Numbered from the stretch's first letter, positions 8,509-17,677 are shown. The stretch: DNA of 64,000 bases from Candidatus Campbellbacteria bacterium RIFOXYC2_FULL_35_25 (GCA_001774495.1 MFAE01000006.1:5356-69355), one strand, 5' to 3'. Translations and numbers: made by a program. Notes: a model not told the origin generated them from the letters alone.

Positions 8509-10149
8509 CTACCAACTAACAAAAAGTCGAGCTAATCTTATCTCTTCATAACTAAAACCATCCCCCAAAATACTTTTAACTGGAGTGAGTTTCGTGTCGC
8601 CAGATTTTTTAAATGCTTTTTTAATTTTTTTTAATTTATCACTTGGAAAATCTTTCTCCAAATAGTTTAAATCTAACTTTTCATTCCCCTCAAGTAATTT
8701 TTCCAAATGGTTGATAATTGTGTTTTCAGTTAAATCTCTTTCTTTCGCAATATCCTCAATTGAAAGTTTTTTCTCAACTAGTAGTTGCGTTTCATCATAA
8801 GTTGAAAGGGTTATTTCTTTCCCTTTTTTTGCACTTCCTCCCACTGATTCCAAAAATTCTTTTTGCTTTTGTTTTTTTGTTTTCTCCACCATCTTTTGTA
8901 ATTTATCAACCGATTTTTTTGATAACTCCATCAATTCAGTATCCAAATTTAAAACATCTTTGTTTACCTGCAGAGCTATTGTATTCAAGCCCATCAAACG
9001 TAACCCATCAATTGATTTAACTCTTGAAAGAGCCACATACCCCATCCCCTCAACAAAAGACTTTGAAAGATCAATCTCTGCTGCATCCAAACTCATTCCC
9101 TGACTTTTATGCACAGTAATAGCCCACGCCAAACGCAACGGAATTTGTTTTAGCTCTGCTTTTATCTTCCCTTCGTCATCAATAATCCAACTTTCTCGGT
9201 CAACTTCAATTTTTCTTCCATCGTATGTTTTAACAATTGGTAACCCTCTTTCACTAAAATCAGCAACCGTACCCAAAGTTCCATTTACATATTTCTTAAT
9301 CGGGTTATTTTTTATAAACATAACCGCAGCCCCTTTTTTTAGTCTCAATTCCTCCTGAGCAAAACAGCTTTTTTTTAAAGTTTCTACTAATGCTTTTTTG
9401 CCCTTGGTTTCCATTTCAAAAATTCTTGCAGGACCATCTATTCCCTCCAATTCACCTTCATTTATTTTATCAATATCTATATTATGAGTATAAAGCTTGG
9501 TTGGAGTAATGTGACTTTTCAGTTCTTTTCTGTACCTAGTTCTTAGCGGAACCAAAACATTCTCTCCTGCATTATTTTGTCTGATACTATTTAAAATATC
9601 AACCAAAGTGTCACATTTATGCCTAAACTGTTCTTCCAGATAACAAACCTCTAGATTCATGTTTTGCCACACTCCTGATTTATTTATAAAACTAGACTCG
9701 CCTCCGCCTCTAGTAATAGGAGGTAACTGGAAGAAATCGCCCGACAGAATTACCTGCATTCCCCCAAAGGGTAACTCATTTTGTTTGAATCCTCGGCAAA
9801 CTCTATCAATCAAATCAAGACGATAGTGGTGAAGCATTGAAACTTCATCAATAATTAATACTTTGGTATTCTCAAATCTTTTTGCTAAATACTGTTTTTG
9901 CAAAAGTGAATCCATTTCCCATTCATCCAAATCGTCTTTTATTCCGATTCCTGCCCAAGAGTGAATGGTCACGCCGTTCATATGAGTAGCGGCAATCCCA
10001 GTTGAGGCAGTTACCCCGATTCCAACCCCATTTTCTTTTAAAAAATCGATATAAGTATTTAAGAGATGGGTTTTTCCACTTCCGGCTGGCCCTGTTAAAT
10101 AAACATTGCGCCCCATTTTTAAAATTTCCAAAGCCTCAGATTGTTTCAT
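8509..10149 (-). CDS. PIF1/RecD-like ATP-dependent DNA helicase (AAA_30 / UvrD_C_2 type)
   Basis: 546 aa. Walker A GPAGSGKTHLL, Walker B LIIDEVSM, C-terminal RecD/Pif1-like SH3 and 2B domains. Confidence 0.75.
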   Translation of the reverse strand: MKQSEALEILKMGRNVYLTGPAGSGKTHLLNTYIDFLKENGVGIGVTASTGIAATHMNGVTIHSWAGIGIKDDLDEWEMDSLLQKQYLAKRFENTKVLIIDEVSMLHHYRLDLIDRVCRGFKQNELPFGGMQVILSGDFFQLPPITRGGGESSFINKSGVWQNMNLEVCYLEEQFRHKCDTLVDILNSIRQNNAGENVLVPLRTRYRKELKSHITPTKLYTHNIDIDKINEGELEGIDGPARIFEMETKGKKALVETLKKSCFAQEELRLKKGAAVMFIKNNPIKKYVNGTLGTVADFSERGLPIVKTYDGRKIEVDRESWIIDDEGKIKAELKQIPLRLAWAITVHKSQGMSLDAAEIDLSKSFVEGMGYVALSRVKSIDGLRLMGLNTIALQVNKDVLNLDTELMELSKKSVDKLQKMVEKTKKQKQKEFLESVGGSAKKGKEITLSTYDETQLLVEKKLSIEDIAKERDLTENTIINHLEKLLEGNEKLDLNYLEKDFPSDKLKKIKKAFKKSGDTKLTPVKSILGDGFSYEEIRLARLFVSW

Positions 10150-10280
10150 TACATAAGAATAACGAATTATGAATCACGAATCAAGGAAACAAAAAGATTC
10201 TGTACCTTTATAATTTCTATGTTTTGACAAGTAACAAGAAACCCCAGGCAACCAAATGCCTGGGGGTGTCAAAATAGAAG

Positions 10281-10538
10281 CTAACGTGCTTTCAATACCT
10301 CAGAAAAGCCAGCTATTTTGGACTTGTCGTGGATGAGGGAAAGAAAATACTGAGTTTTGTGCTTCCGACTTTTCATGTGACACAGAACGTAGTCATCTTG
10401 AACTCTTGTAGTAATAGAAAAGTGGAGATGTAGTTTTTCCAAGGCGGTATTTTTTGAGGCTACTCCAGTGACAACCCCTATAACTTTAGGAGTGACCGAC
10501 CCTTCCTTTTTAAACCTCCTCCTAACAAAAAAATCCAT
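10281..10538 (-). CDS. small hypothetical protein (GC-enriched); start corrected to internal MDFF...
   Basis: ATG at 10538 is preceded by AAGGAGAAAAGC. The gene follows the R1 element and its terminator, and has its own terminator at 10238-10268 (ccccaggca...tgcctgggg). The ORF track gives 10281..10592. Confidence 0.5.
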   Translation of the reverse strand: MDFFVRRRFKKEGSVTPKVIGVVTGVASKNTALEKLHLHFSITTRVQDDYVLCHMKSRKHKTQYFLSLIHDKSKIAGFSEVLKAR

Positions 10539-10653
10539 GCTTTTCTCCTTATAGCTAAAGTTACATTTACTCTTCAAACATCCTAGCAACAAGATATCAA
10601 AAGCAAGGGCTTAGGTCAAACGCTAACCAAAAAAACATAACTTTTTGGCAAAA

Positions 10654-10685
10654 ACAAAAAAATCCGCTTTGCGGATTTTTTTTGT
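10654..10685 (-). terminator. intrinsic bidirectional terminator (aaaaaaatccgc-ttt-gcggattttttt)
   Basis: Stem atccgc/gcggat extended by A-run/T-run pairing, about 25 nt 3' of the R1 element on the minus strand. Confidence 0.65.
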
Positions 10686-10708
10686 TTTCTTGATTAGTTG
10701 AATAAGTT

Positions 10709-10815
10709 AAAATTTTGATACAGTTCGAGGAAGTGAAAAAAAATTATTTGAGGCGTATTTATAATACGGTGAAAATAATTTTTTTAAAACTGACGAAGAA
10801 CTGTGCAAAATTTGG
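10709..10815 (-). ncRNA. R1: candidate structured RNA (novel family, paralog of R2 and R3) starting 2 nt after the cupin stop codon
   Basis: Three nested helices: outer aaattttg/caaaattt, second acagttc/gaactgt, central hairpin cgtat-tataa-atacg. Conserved cores CGTATT.TAATACGCCTC and GCTTCCTCGAACTGTATC are shared with R2 and R3, with compensatory substitutions. Confidence 0.6.
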
Positions 10816-10817
10816 AC

Positions 10818-11216
10818 TTATTCTGTAGTTGTTCCATCAAAATGTTCATCATCAGCCTCAGCCTCTTCTTTTGTTGTATGGATAACTCCGTTTCTGTGAT
10901 GAGCTGGGGAATAGATAGTGTAAAGTTTCATATCTTCAGTTTCAGAAGTATTGATAACATTATGGTCTGTCCCGGCTGGAATTAGGATAGCAAAACCATC
11001 TTCAACAGCAGTTTCAACTCCATCTAAAATTACTTTTCCTTCCCCTGAATCTACTCTGAAAAATTGGTCAGTATCTTCATGAACCTCCATCCCAATTTCT
11101 TCCATTGGTTTCAGACTCATAAGAACTAGTTGGCTGTACTTCCCGGTGTAAAGAACTTCTCTAAAATTTGAGTTCTCTTTAGTTAACTTCTCTATGTTTT
11201 TTATAAATCCATGCAT
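10818..11216 (-). CDS. cupin-domain protein
   Basis: 132 aa, single cupin_2-like beta-barrel (G.DHNVINTSE...LYTIYSPAHH). Confidence 0.6.
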   Translation of the reverse strand: MHGFIKNIEKLTKENSNFREVLYTGKYSQLVLMSLKPMEEIGMEVHEDTDQFFRVDSGEGKVILDGVETAVEDGFAILIPAGTDHNVINTSETEDMKLYTIYSPAHHRNGVIHTTKEEAEADDEHFDGTTTE

Positions 11217-11232
11217 AATATTTTTAAATTAA

Positions 11233-11523
11233 TTAGTAATTTTCTATAATTATATCATAATGTTCTTTGTTATTTTTTCCAAATAACTCCAAACTTTTTT
11301 TATCACTTTTTTCCTTCATTTCAAATGACATTTCATTCCAATTATCCCAAATTCTTATCAATTCATTTTTGGTTGGTTCTTCATGAATAAGCTCAATCCC
11401 AGTCTCGGCTCTCCATAAATGAATTGGATCATTTAACAAACTATTAGCTACATCTTTAGGATACTTTTCTAAAATTTCTTTTTTTGAATAAGGAAGTTTA
11501 TACATTAACCTTAATAATAACAA
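11233..11523 (-). CDS. hypothetical protein
   Basis: 96 aa ORF between the R2 terminator and the cupin gene. No recognisable domain. Confidence 0.4.
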   Translation of the reverse strand: MLLLRLMYKLPYSKKEILEKYPKDVANSLLNDPIHLWRAETGIELIHEEPTKNELIRIWDNWNEMSFEMKEKSDKKSLELFGKNNKEHYDIIIENY

Positions 11524-11535
11524 AGAAATTTTAGT

Positions 11536-11570
11536 AAAAAAAGGATTTTGCTTCGCAAAATCCTTTTTTT
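11536..11570 (-). terminator. intrinsic bidirectional terminator (aaaaaaaggattttgc-ttc-gcaaaatcctttttttt)
   Basis: Perfect 9-bp stem with A- and T-runs, 3' of R2 on the minus strand. Confidence 0.7.
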
Positions 11571-11598
11571 ACTACATATGTTATTGTTTCTAAATAAT

Positions 11599-11707
11599 TT
11601 CAAATTTAGATACAGTTCGAGGAAGCAAGGGAAAATTTTTCGAGCCTTATTTCCTATAAGGTGAGAATAATTTTTCTGAAGATGACAAAGAAACTCGCCA
11701 ATTTTGA
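11599..11707 (-). ncRNA. R2: candidate structured RNA (paralog of R1/R3) starting 10 nt after the secA stop codon
   Basis: Same architecture as R1. The central hairpin ccttat-aggaa-ataagg has a G-C to U-A compensatory change relative to R1, and the 3' core CTTCCTCGAACTGTATC is shared. Confidence 0.6.
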
Positions 11708-11716
11708 AGTTATTTA

Positions 11717-14248
11717 TTATTTTCCACAGCACTTTTTGTATTTTTTGCCACTACCACAAGAACACAAATCATTCCTCCCCAGTTTCTCTCCCTGATTTAC
11801 AATTGGTTTTTGAACCTGCCCTTCTCCTTCTGACCCTGCTTTTTCGGTAATACTCTTTGCTTGTTCATGGATGGCTTGTAGTTGTTGCTGTTCTCTAACA
11901 AAAGCTCCAGCTCCCATACTTGGAATAAAGTGTAAAATCTTTTCATTGATTACCCACTGCATTTCCTTAAACATATTCAATCCTTCTCTTTTATATTCAA
12001 CAAGAGGGTCTCTTTGCCCATAGGCACGTAAATTAACTGATGAACGCAAATAATCCATTACTTCTAAGTGTTCTACCCAAAGCATATCAATAGTTTGCAA
12101 CATCAGTCTTCTCATAACATCAAAAAATTCGATGTCACCCAACAAACCCCTTTTTTCTTTAATAATTAACCCCAGACTTTCCCGAGTACCAAAAAGTTCC
12201 ACAGCTTCTTCGGATGAAGTGCTGTAAACTTCTTCAATAATTCCTTCCAAAATATCTTCTATTTCTTTATCTGTGCCAAACAAAATTTTTCTTCTTCTTT
12301 CGTAAACAATTTTTCTTTGGTAATTTAAAATATCATCATATTGCAAAACATGTTTTCTGGAATCAAAATTAAACCCTTCAATTTTTTCTTGGGCTGATTC
12401 AAGGGAGCGGGTTATCATTTTATTCTGGATAGCCTCATCTTCAGGGATTCCCAATTTGCCCATAAGATTTTTAACCATATCAGAAGCAAACACTCTCATA
12501 AGAGTATCTTCTAGGGAAACAAAAAATTGTGTTTCTCCTGGGTCTCCCTGCCTTCCAGAACGACCTCTCAACTGATTATCTATTCTTCGAGATTCATGTC
12601 TTTCTGTCCCCATAACAAACAATCCGCCCAAACTCTTAACTTCTTTATATTTTTCTGGGGTCATTGGAATACCGCCAAGTTTAATATCAACTCCTCGTCC
12701 GGCCATGTTTGTAGCAACGGTTACTCTACCTTTTTCCCCCGCTTGAGCAATAATTTCACCTTCATTTTCGTGATTTTTTGCATTTAATAATTCGTGTTTT
12801 ATTCCCTCCGCTTTTAAATACTGTGAGAGTAATTCATTTTTATCAATAGAAACTGTTCCAATCAAAACTGGCTGACCTGTTTTATTTAATTCTTTTACTT
12901 TTTTTGCTAGGGCTTTAAATTTTCCTGTCTCTGTTTGAAAAATTAAATCGTCCTGATCTTTTCTTTGAATATCTTGGTGGGTAGGAATAACCACTGTCTC
13001 CAAACCATAAACTTTGTAAAACTCTTCTGAAGAAGAGTGCGCTGTTCCTGTCATTCCTGACAATTTTTTGTAAAGACGAAAATAATTTTGGAAAGTAATA
13101 GAAGCATAAGTTCGTGATTCTTTCTGAACTTTTAATCCCTCTTTAGCTTCTATCGCTTGGTGTAAACCTTCTGACCACCTTCTCCCTGGTTGTAAACGAC
13201 CAGTAAATTCATCAACAATAATTATTTCTCCTTCTTTAACAACATACTCCTTGTTTGCATTAAAAAGCGCCTTGGCTCTAACCGCTGTTTCAAGATGGTG
13301 AACAAATTTGATTCCCTTTTCAGTATAAATATTTTCTATGCCTAATATTTTTTCTGCCTTTTCTACCCCAGCGTCTGTCAGTGTCACTGCTTTAAATTTT
13401 TCTTCTACCTCAAAATCTGTATCCCTAATCATTTTAGTCGCAATTTTCGCAAACTGTGCATACAAATCTTCTGAATCTGTAGTGGGTGTTGAAATGATCA
13501 AAGGGGTTCTCGCTTCATCAATAAGAATAGAGTCTATCTCATCTACAATAGCAAAGTTGTATTCTCTCTGACGAATTTGTTCTTTTCTGTATTCAATATT
13601 ATCTCTCAAATAATCGAAACCAAACTCGTTGTTTGTTCCATAAGTTATATCAGCTCCATAAGCCTCCTTTCTTGTGCAAGGGCGAAGAAACTCATCAACA
13701 ATTTTATAAGAACCTTCTTCATCTCTTTCTTTATCTAGTTCTGTGTGAGTTGAGTCATAAAGATATGATTGTTCACTGTTTATAATTCCGATACTCAAAC
13801 CAAGAGCTGAATAAACTTGTCCCATCCAAACAGCATCTCTTCGTGAAAGATAATCGTTAACAGTAACGACGTGCACTCCTTTTCCTTCTAAAGCATTCAA
13901 ATAAACGGGCAATGTCGCAACCAAAGTTTTTCCTTCTCCTGTTCTCATTTCGGCAATTTTTCCTTGATGTAAAATAATTCCCCCAAAAAGTTGAACATCG
14001 TAGTGTCTTTCTCCTAAATTTCGTTTAGATGTTTCTCTTACAAGAGCAAAAGCTTCTGGCAACAACTCATCTAGGGTCTCCCCCTCTTTCAACCTGTCTC
14101 TATATTCTTTTGTTTTATTTTTTAAAGCTTCTTCAGATAAATTCAAAAAACTATCCTCCCAAGAATTAATTTTTTCCACTAAAGGCTGAAGATCTTTCTG
14201 AGCCTTTTTATTTTCATCCCCACTTAATATTTTCTTTAAAAAATTCAT
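11717..14248 (-). CDS. secA: preprotein translocase ATPase SecA
   Basis: 843 aa. DEAD-like motor motifs (GEGKTLVATLPVYLNAL), preprotein cross-linking domain, C-terminal zinc-binding CSCGSGKKYKKCCGK. Confidence 0.93.
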   Translation of the reverse strand: MNFLKKILSGDENKKAQKDLQPLVEKINSWEDSFLNLSEEALKNKTKEYRDRLKEGETLDELLPEAFALVRETSKRNLGERHYDVQLFGGIILHQGKIAEMRTGEGKTLVATLPVYLNALEGKGVHVVTVNDYLSRRDAVWMGQVYSALGLSIGIINSEQSYLYDSTHTELDKERDEEGSYKIVDEFLRPCTRKEAYGADITYGTNNEFGFDYLRDNIEYRKEQIRQREYNFAIVDEIDSILIDEARTPLIISTPTTDSEDLYAQFAKIATKMIRDTDFEVEEKFKAVTLTDAGVEKAEKILGIENIYTEKGIKFVHHLETAVRAKALFNANKEYVVKEGEIIIVDEFTGRLQPGRRWSEGLHQAIEAKEGLKVQKESRTYASITFQNYFRLYKKLSGMTGTAHSSSEEFYKVYGLETVVIPTHQDIQRKDQDDLIFQTETGKFKALAKKVKELNKTGQPVLIGTVSIDKNELLSQYLKAEGIKHELLNAKNHENEGEIIAQAGEKGRVTVATNMAGRGVDIKLGGIPMTPEKYKEVKSLGGLFVMGTERHESRRIDNQLRGRSGRQGDPGETQFFVSLEDTLMRVFASDMVKNLMGKLGIPEDEAIQNKMITRSLESAQEKIEGFNFDSRKHVLQYDDILNYQRKIVYERRRKILFGTDKEIEDILEGIIEEVYSTSSEEAVELFGTRESLGLIIKEKRGLLGDIEFFDVMRRLMLQTIDMLWVEHLEVMDYLRSSVNLRAYGQRDPLVEYKREGLNMFKEMQWVINEKILHFIPSMGAGAFVREQQQLQAIHEQAKSITEKAGSEGEGQVQKPIVNQGEKLGRNDLCSCGSGKKYKKCCGK

Positions 14249-14374
14249 GATTTGCTTATATTAACACAAACGAGGTTCCAAATAAACAGAAGCTTGATTT
14301 TATTATCAAAATTGATTATAAATAACAACAGAAATCGGTAGTTAAATCTAAACCATTACAAAAAGGGGCGAAAA

Positions 14375-14542
14375 ATGGAAGGGACGGATTGTTTGTGTAA
14401 CATGGGGAAGATTTATGCCGGGGACTTCAAACCCAAAGTTCCTCTTGCGGAACAGTTTCAAATCTTCAAATGTGCTCAGCACTGTGGAAAAATGTTTTTC
14501 CTCCGGAACGGGCAATTCGTTGAAATGGCCCAACCACACTGA
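14375..14542 (+). CDS. small Cys-rich protein (55 aa; CxC...CxxxC), GC-enriched, not in the ORF track
   Basis: Own translation: MEGTDCLCNMGKIYAGDFKPKVPLAEQFQIFKCAQHCGKMFFLRNGQFVEMAQPH. Purine-rich ribosome-binding site aaaaggggcgaaaa before the ATG, and a perfect terminator 35 nt downstream. Confidence 0.45.
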   Translation: MEGTDCLCNMGKIYAGDFKPKVPLAEQFQIFKCAQHCGKMFFLRNGQFVEMAQPH

Positions 14543-14576
14543 AGTCTAAGCAGCAACAGACCACACAAAAGAGCAA

Positions 14577-14610
14577 AGGGTTCCGGAGCGCTAGCTCCGA
14601 AACCTTTTTT
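14577..14610 (+). terminator. intrinsic terminator (ggttccggagc-gcta-gctccgaaacc + tttttt)
   Basis: Palindromic GC-rich stem followed by a T-run, directly after the small Cys-rich ORF. Confidence 0.7.
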
Positions 14611-14627
14611 ACTTCCCATACTTTGTG

Positions 14628-15402
14628 TGCTATGTGCTAAGCTAAGCTTAGCACATTTTATTTTATTCAAAATCAATTACCAAATCTCTTTCTTCTTCAT
14701 CTTCTCCAAAGTCTTTAGTTCCACTTTTGTTATTAAATTCCTTATATTCTTGGTTATTATCAAACTGACCTTTAATAATTTCATAACTTAATAAATTCCC
14801 CCAACGACTCTCGCCAACATAATCCTGAAAACTTGACCATGGGTATTTTTCTTCTTTATTCTTCCATTCTTTTATACCTCTAGGATTTCTATGAATATAA
14901 GCAGATAGATAAAGTAATTGTTCGTTAGATTCAATATGAACTACCTTAAAGGTTCCTTGAAATAAATGCCCTGTTTTTGCATATTTTTTATTATGATATT
15001 TGGTAAAGGATGTACCGATTCGGTGCATATACTGAGAGATTCCACCCTCTTTTGTCTCCCTAAGAGTTAAATGAAAATGATTAGGCATTAAGCAAAAATT
15101 GATCAATTCAACATATCTGTTTTTTATAACTAAATCTAGCTGATCTTTTTTAAAATAAAAAAAATTTCTTTTTACAAAAAAACTAACTGAACGAGAAATA
15201 TTTAAAAAACTAAAGGTAGACTGAAAATAAATAATTAAAAATAAAAAACGAACATAATCACGAATGTCTAAAAAAATATTTTGTTTATTATTCCCCCTAT
15301 TATAAACGTGGTAATATTCACCCACAGAAATTTCTACTTTTCTCATAAGTATTATAATACACAAAAACCTTAAAATGTGCAAAGCTAAGCTTAGCACATT
15401 TT
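14628..15402 (-). mobile_element. IS200/IS605-family (RAYT-like) element: Y1 HUH transposase gene flanked by identical subterminal hairpins
   Basis: Left hairpin atgtgctaagc-taa-gcttagcacat at 14636-14660 and right hairpin aatgtgcaaagc-taa-gcttagcacatt at 15374-15400, in the same orientation either side of the tnpA ORF. No TnpB gene. Confidence 0.65.
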
Positions 15403-15418
15403 GCACTTTTAGTTCCAA
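14663..15418 (-). CDS. tnpA: IS200/IS605-type Y1 (HUH) transposase TnpA / REP-associated tyrosine transposase-like
   Basis: YHVYNRGNNKQNIF, HUH motif MPNHFHLTL, catalytic Tyr region QLLYLSAYIHRNP. The likely real start is internal MRKVEIS (about 15346); the upstream extension overlaps the right hairpin and the murB stop. Confidence 0.7.
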   Translation of the reverse strand: MELKVQNVLSLALHILRFLCIIILMRKVEISVGEYYHVYNRGNNKQNIFLDIRDYVRFLFLIIYFQSTFSFLNISRSVSFFVKRNFFYFKKDQLDLVIKNRYVELINFCLMPNHFHLTLRETKEGGISQYMHRIGTSFTKYHNKKYAKTGHLFQGTFKVVHIESNEQLLYLSAYIHRNPRGIKEWKNKEEKYPWSSFQDYVGESRWGNLLSYEIIKGQFDNNQEYKEFNNKSGTKDFGEDEEERDLVIDFE

Positions 15419-16479
15419 AACACAACCTCTGGTTCAATATCCAATCCTGTTTTTTCTTTTACCTCTTCGGTAATTTTTTGAGCAAGATTTTTAATTTCTG
15501 TGGAAGTTGCTTCTCCGTAATTTACTAAAACCAAAGACTGTTTTTCGTGTGACCCAACACACCCTTCTCGAACCCCCTTTAAACCCAAACCTTTATCTAG
15601 AATATAAGCTAATGCAATTCTAAAATTTTCAGCATTTTCCGAAGTCTCTTTACCATTATCTATTCTCAAAAAATTCTGATCGCATGAATAATATTGTAAA
15701 TCAGGAAAAAGGTTTTTTAAATCTTCTAATTGTTTTTTATTAACTACAGGATTTTTAAAAAATGAACCTGCTGTCCCAGTTTTTTTCAAATCAGGAAATT
15801 TATTTTTTCTAATCTCTACTATAATATTTCTCAAACCTTGAAGGGACACTTCTTTAATACCTCTTTCCAAAATAAGCCTTTCCACATCTTTGTAGCCAAA
15901 CTGTAAGACTCCTTCTTTTTTTAAGCTAAAACCAACCCTAACAACTACTAAATTTTCTCCTGATTCTTTTTTAAAAATACTGTCTTTATATCCAAATTCA
16001 CAATTCTCTTTTGGTATTTTTTTTATTTCATTTGTCTTTATATCAAAAACTTCAACCCAATCAACAACATCTTGAACTCTACCGCCATAAGCTTCAATAT
16101 TTTGAACAACGCTTGCCCCCACTGTTCCAGGAACAAGCGAAAGATTTTCTAAGCCATAGAGGCCCTTCTCGACACATTTTTCAACCAGCTCATCCCAAAT
16201 TTCCCCTGCCCCAGCGGAAACCTGAACAGTATTCGTATTTAACTCTTCAAATTCAATTCCCTTCATTTCGATCTTTATTATCAGACCATAAACTCCTTCA
16301 TCGGAAATTAACAGATTGGAACCACAGCCGAGTACAAAAACAGGCAGTGAGTTTTGTGTAGCAAAATTCACTGCCTGTTTTAAACCTTCAATATTTTTAA
16401 CCACAACAAAATACTTAGCCAAACCACCTGTTTTAAAAGTACAAAAATCAGCCAATGAAATGTTTTGTTGCATTTGCAT
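15409..16479 (-). CDS. murB: UDP-N-acetylenolpyruvoylglucosamine reductase (MurB)
   Basis: 356 aa. FAD-binding PCMH-type N-domain (FKTGGLAKYF...LGCGSNLLISDEG) and MurB C-domain. Confidence 0.7.
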   Translation of the reverse strand: MQMQQNISLADFCTFKTGGLAKYFVVVKNIEGLKQAVNFATQNSLPVFVLGCGSNLLISDEGVYGLIIKIEMKGIEFEELNTNTVQVSAGAGEIWDELVEKCVEKGLYGLENLSLVPGTVGASVVQNIEAYGGRVQDVVDWVEVFDIKTNEIKKIPKENCEFGYKDSIFKKESGENLVVVRVGFSLKKEGVLQFGYKDVERLILERGIKEVSLQGLRNIIVEIRKNKFPDLKKTGTAGSFFKNPVVNKKQLEDLKNLFPDLQYYSCDQNFLRIDNGKETSENAENFRIALAYILDKGLGLKGVREGCVGSHEKQSLVLVNYGEATSTEIKNLAQKITEEVKEKTGLDIEPEVVFWN

Positions 16480-16480
16480 T

Positions 16481-17677
16481 TTATATTTGATTATACGAAT
16501 AATCTTTTCTCAACAAAGTCATAATAACTGAAGCAAGAGCTCCCAACAAGAAGACCCATTGCAGAGGCAAAAAGGACGCCATTATAATAATAATCACTCC
16601 CGAAAGAGCTTTCCCTAAATGAACTGCCATTTCATGCAAAACAGTAAACTCATCAACATAATGCCTCTTGCTGGCAACAATATCATAAAACATAGTGTCG
16701 AAAGAAGTCCTCGCAAAAATTTTCATAACATTATGGTAAACTCCCACAACAAATATATGAAAAGCTGTTAAGACAAATATTTTGATAACCCAACCAAGTG
16801 AATAAAGAAGTGTCCCCATCTTTAGAGCTCTTTTTTTCTCTCGGTTACCACCTCGGTCAAGTTTCCCCCCCAAAATAAATTGCAAAACCATAGTTCCAAG
16901 AATAATCAAAGCAGATACATAACCTACTTCAAAATAATTTCCACCAAGAAGCTGAAACATAAATATAGGCCATACGACTAGACCCACCATTGCCTCAGCT
17001 CCGTCTGCCATAAAAGCAAAAAAGCCAGACCTATTTTTTACCGACAAAAGTTCCTGCCAAGACTCACGATACCCCCAATCAAACCTTTCTTTTGTTTTAG
17101 GTATCTTCAGAAAAAACAGCCCGGCAAGTAGGTAAAGAACAACTCCAATGGCAAACACCACATCAAAACCATACTTAAGAATAATAAAACCAGAAAGAAT
17201 CGGGAGTAACCCTGCTAACAAATTTCTCGTTATATCAAAAAAACTCAATTGCTTTGCCCGATCGCCATCATTAGAAAATTTAGCAAAATCAGTGTGATAA
17301 GGAACCCAATGGAAAATTCTAAACAAAACCAAAACAATCACAAGGACAGGAGTTAGATAAAAATAATTTCCTTTATCTACAAAATAAATAATGACATACC
17401 ACAAAGCTCCAAGAAGAAGACTCACTCTCAGAGCATTTCTGAAACCAAATTTATTCAAAAACATCGCACCAAAAGAGACAGTAAGAGCATACAAAAAAGA
17501 GGTTATACCAAAGAAAAAAACAACCCACCTGACATCACCATCAAATAAATCAAACAAAAACAGAGGGACGAAGATTCCCAAAAAACCTGAGGCTATCATC
17601 AAAACAGCCTGAGCCCCATACAAAGAAAGAAACCCTTCTTTAAATTTTTCGTCAAAATAACCTTTTAAAAAATTCAT
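16481..17677 (-). CDS. MFS-type transporter (putative)
   Basis: 398 aa, about 12 predicted TM helices with 6+6 topology and a central cytoplasmic loop. Confidence 0.5.
   Translation of the reverse strand: MNFLKGYFDEKFKEGFLSLYGAQAVLMIASGFLGIFVPLFLFDLFDGDVRWVVFFFGITSFLYALTVSFGAMFLNKFGFRNALRVSLLLGALWYVIIYFVDKGNYFYLTPVLVIVLVLFRIFHWVPYHTDFAKFSNDGDRAKQLSFFDITRNLLAGLLPILSGFIILKYGFDVVFAIGVVLYLLAGLFFLKIPKTKERFDWGYRESWQELLSVKNRSGFFAFMADGAEAMVGLVVWPIFMFQLLGGNYFEVGYVSALIILGTMVLQFILGGKLDRGGNREKKRALKMGTLLYSLGWVIKIFVLTAFHIFVVGVYHNVMKIFARTSFDTMFYDIVASKRHYVDEFTVLHEMAVHLGKALSGVIIIIMASFLPLQWVFLLGALASVIMTLLRKDYSYNQI

Noticed and set aside
7590-8515. ORFs 7590..7838, 7796..8089, 8086..8331, 8114..8368, 8210..8515 overlapping the terminator, MITE copy 1 and gene 7780..8349
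   Set aside because: They overlap hairpin terminators or MITE sequence, or are antisense to a gene with a strong ribosome-binding site. They are alternative frames of the GC-richer segment.
10709-11707. R elements as integron attC sites or plain MITEs flanking a cupin cassette
   Set aside because: There are no GTTRRRY / RYYYAAC core sites and no 4-bp flanking duplications. Compensatory changes across three helices and the terminator-coupled placement favour a functional RNA. A MITE origin is not fully excluded.
11511-11732. ORF 11511..11732 (73 aa) covering the R2 element
   Set aside because: The homologous R1 and R3 copies do not conserve this reading frame, and the substitutions preserve RNA pairing, so this is an RNA element rather than a CDS.
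14348-14676. Minus-strand ORFs 14348..14539 and 14476..14676
   Set aside because: They are antisense to a plus-strand mini-gene that has a ribosome-binding site and a downstream terminator. The second ORF runs through the terminator and the IS left hairpin.
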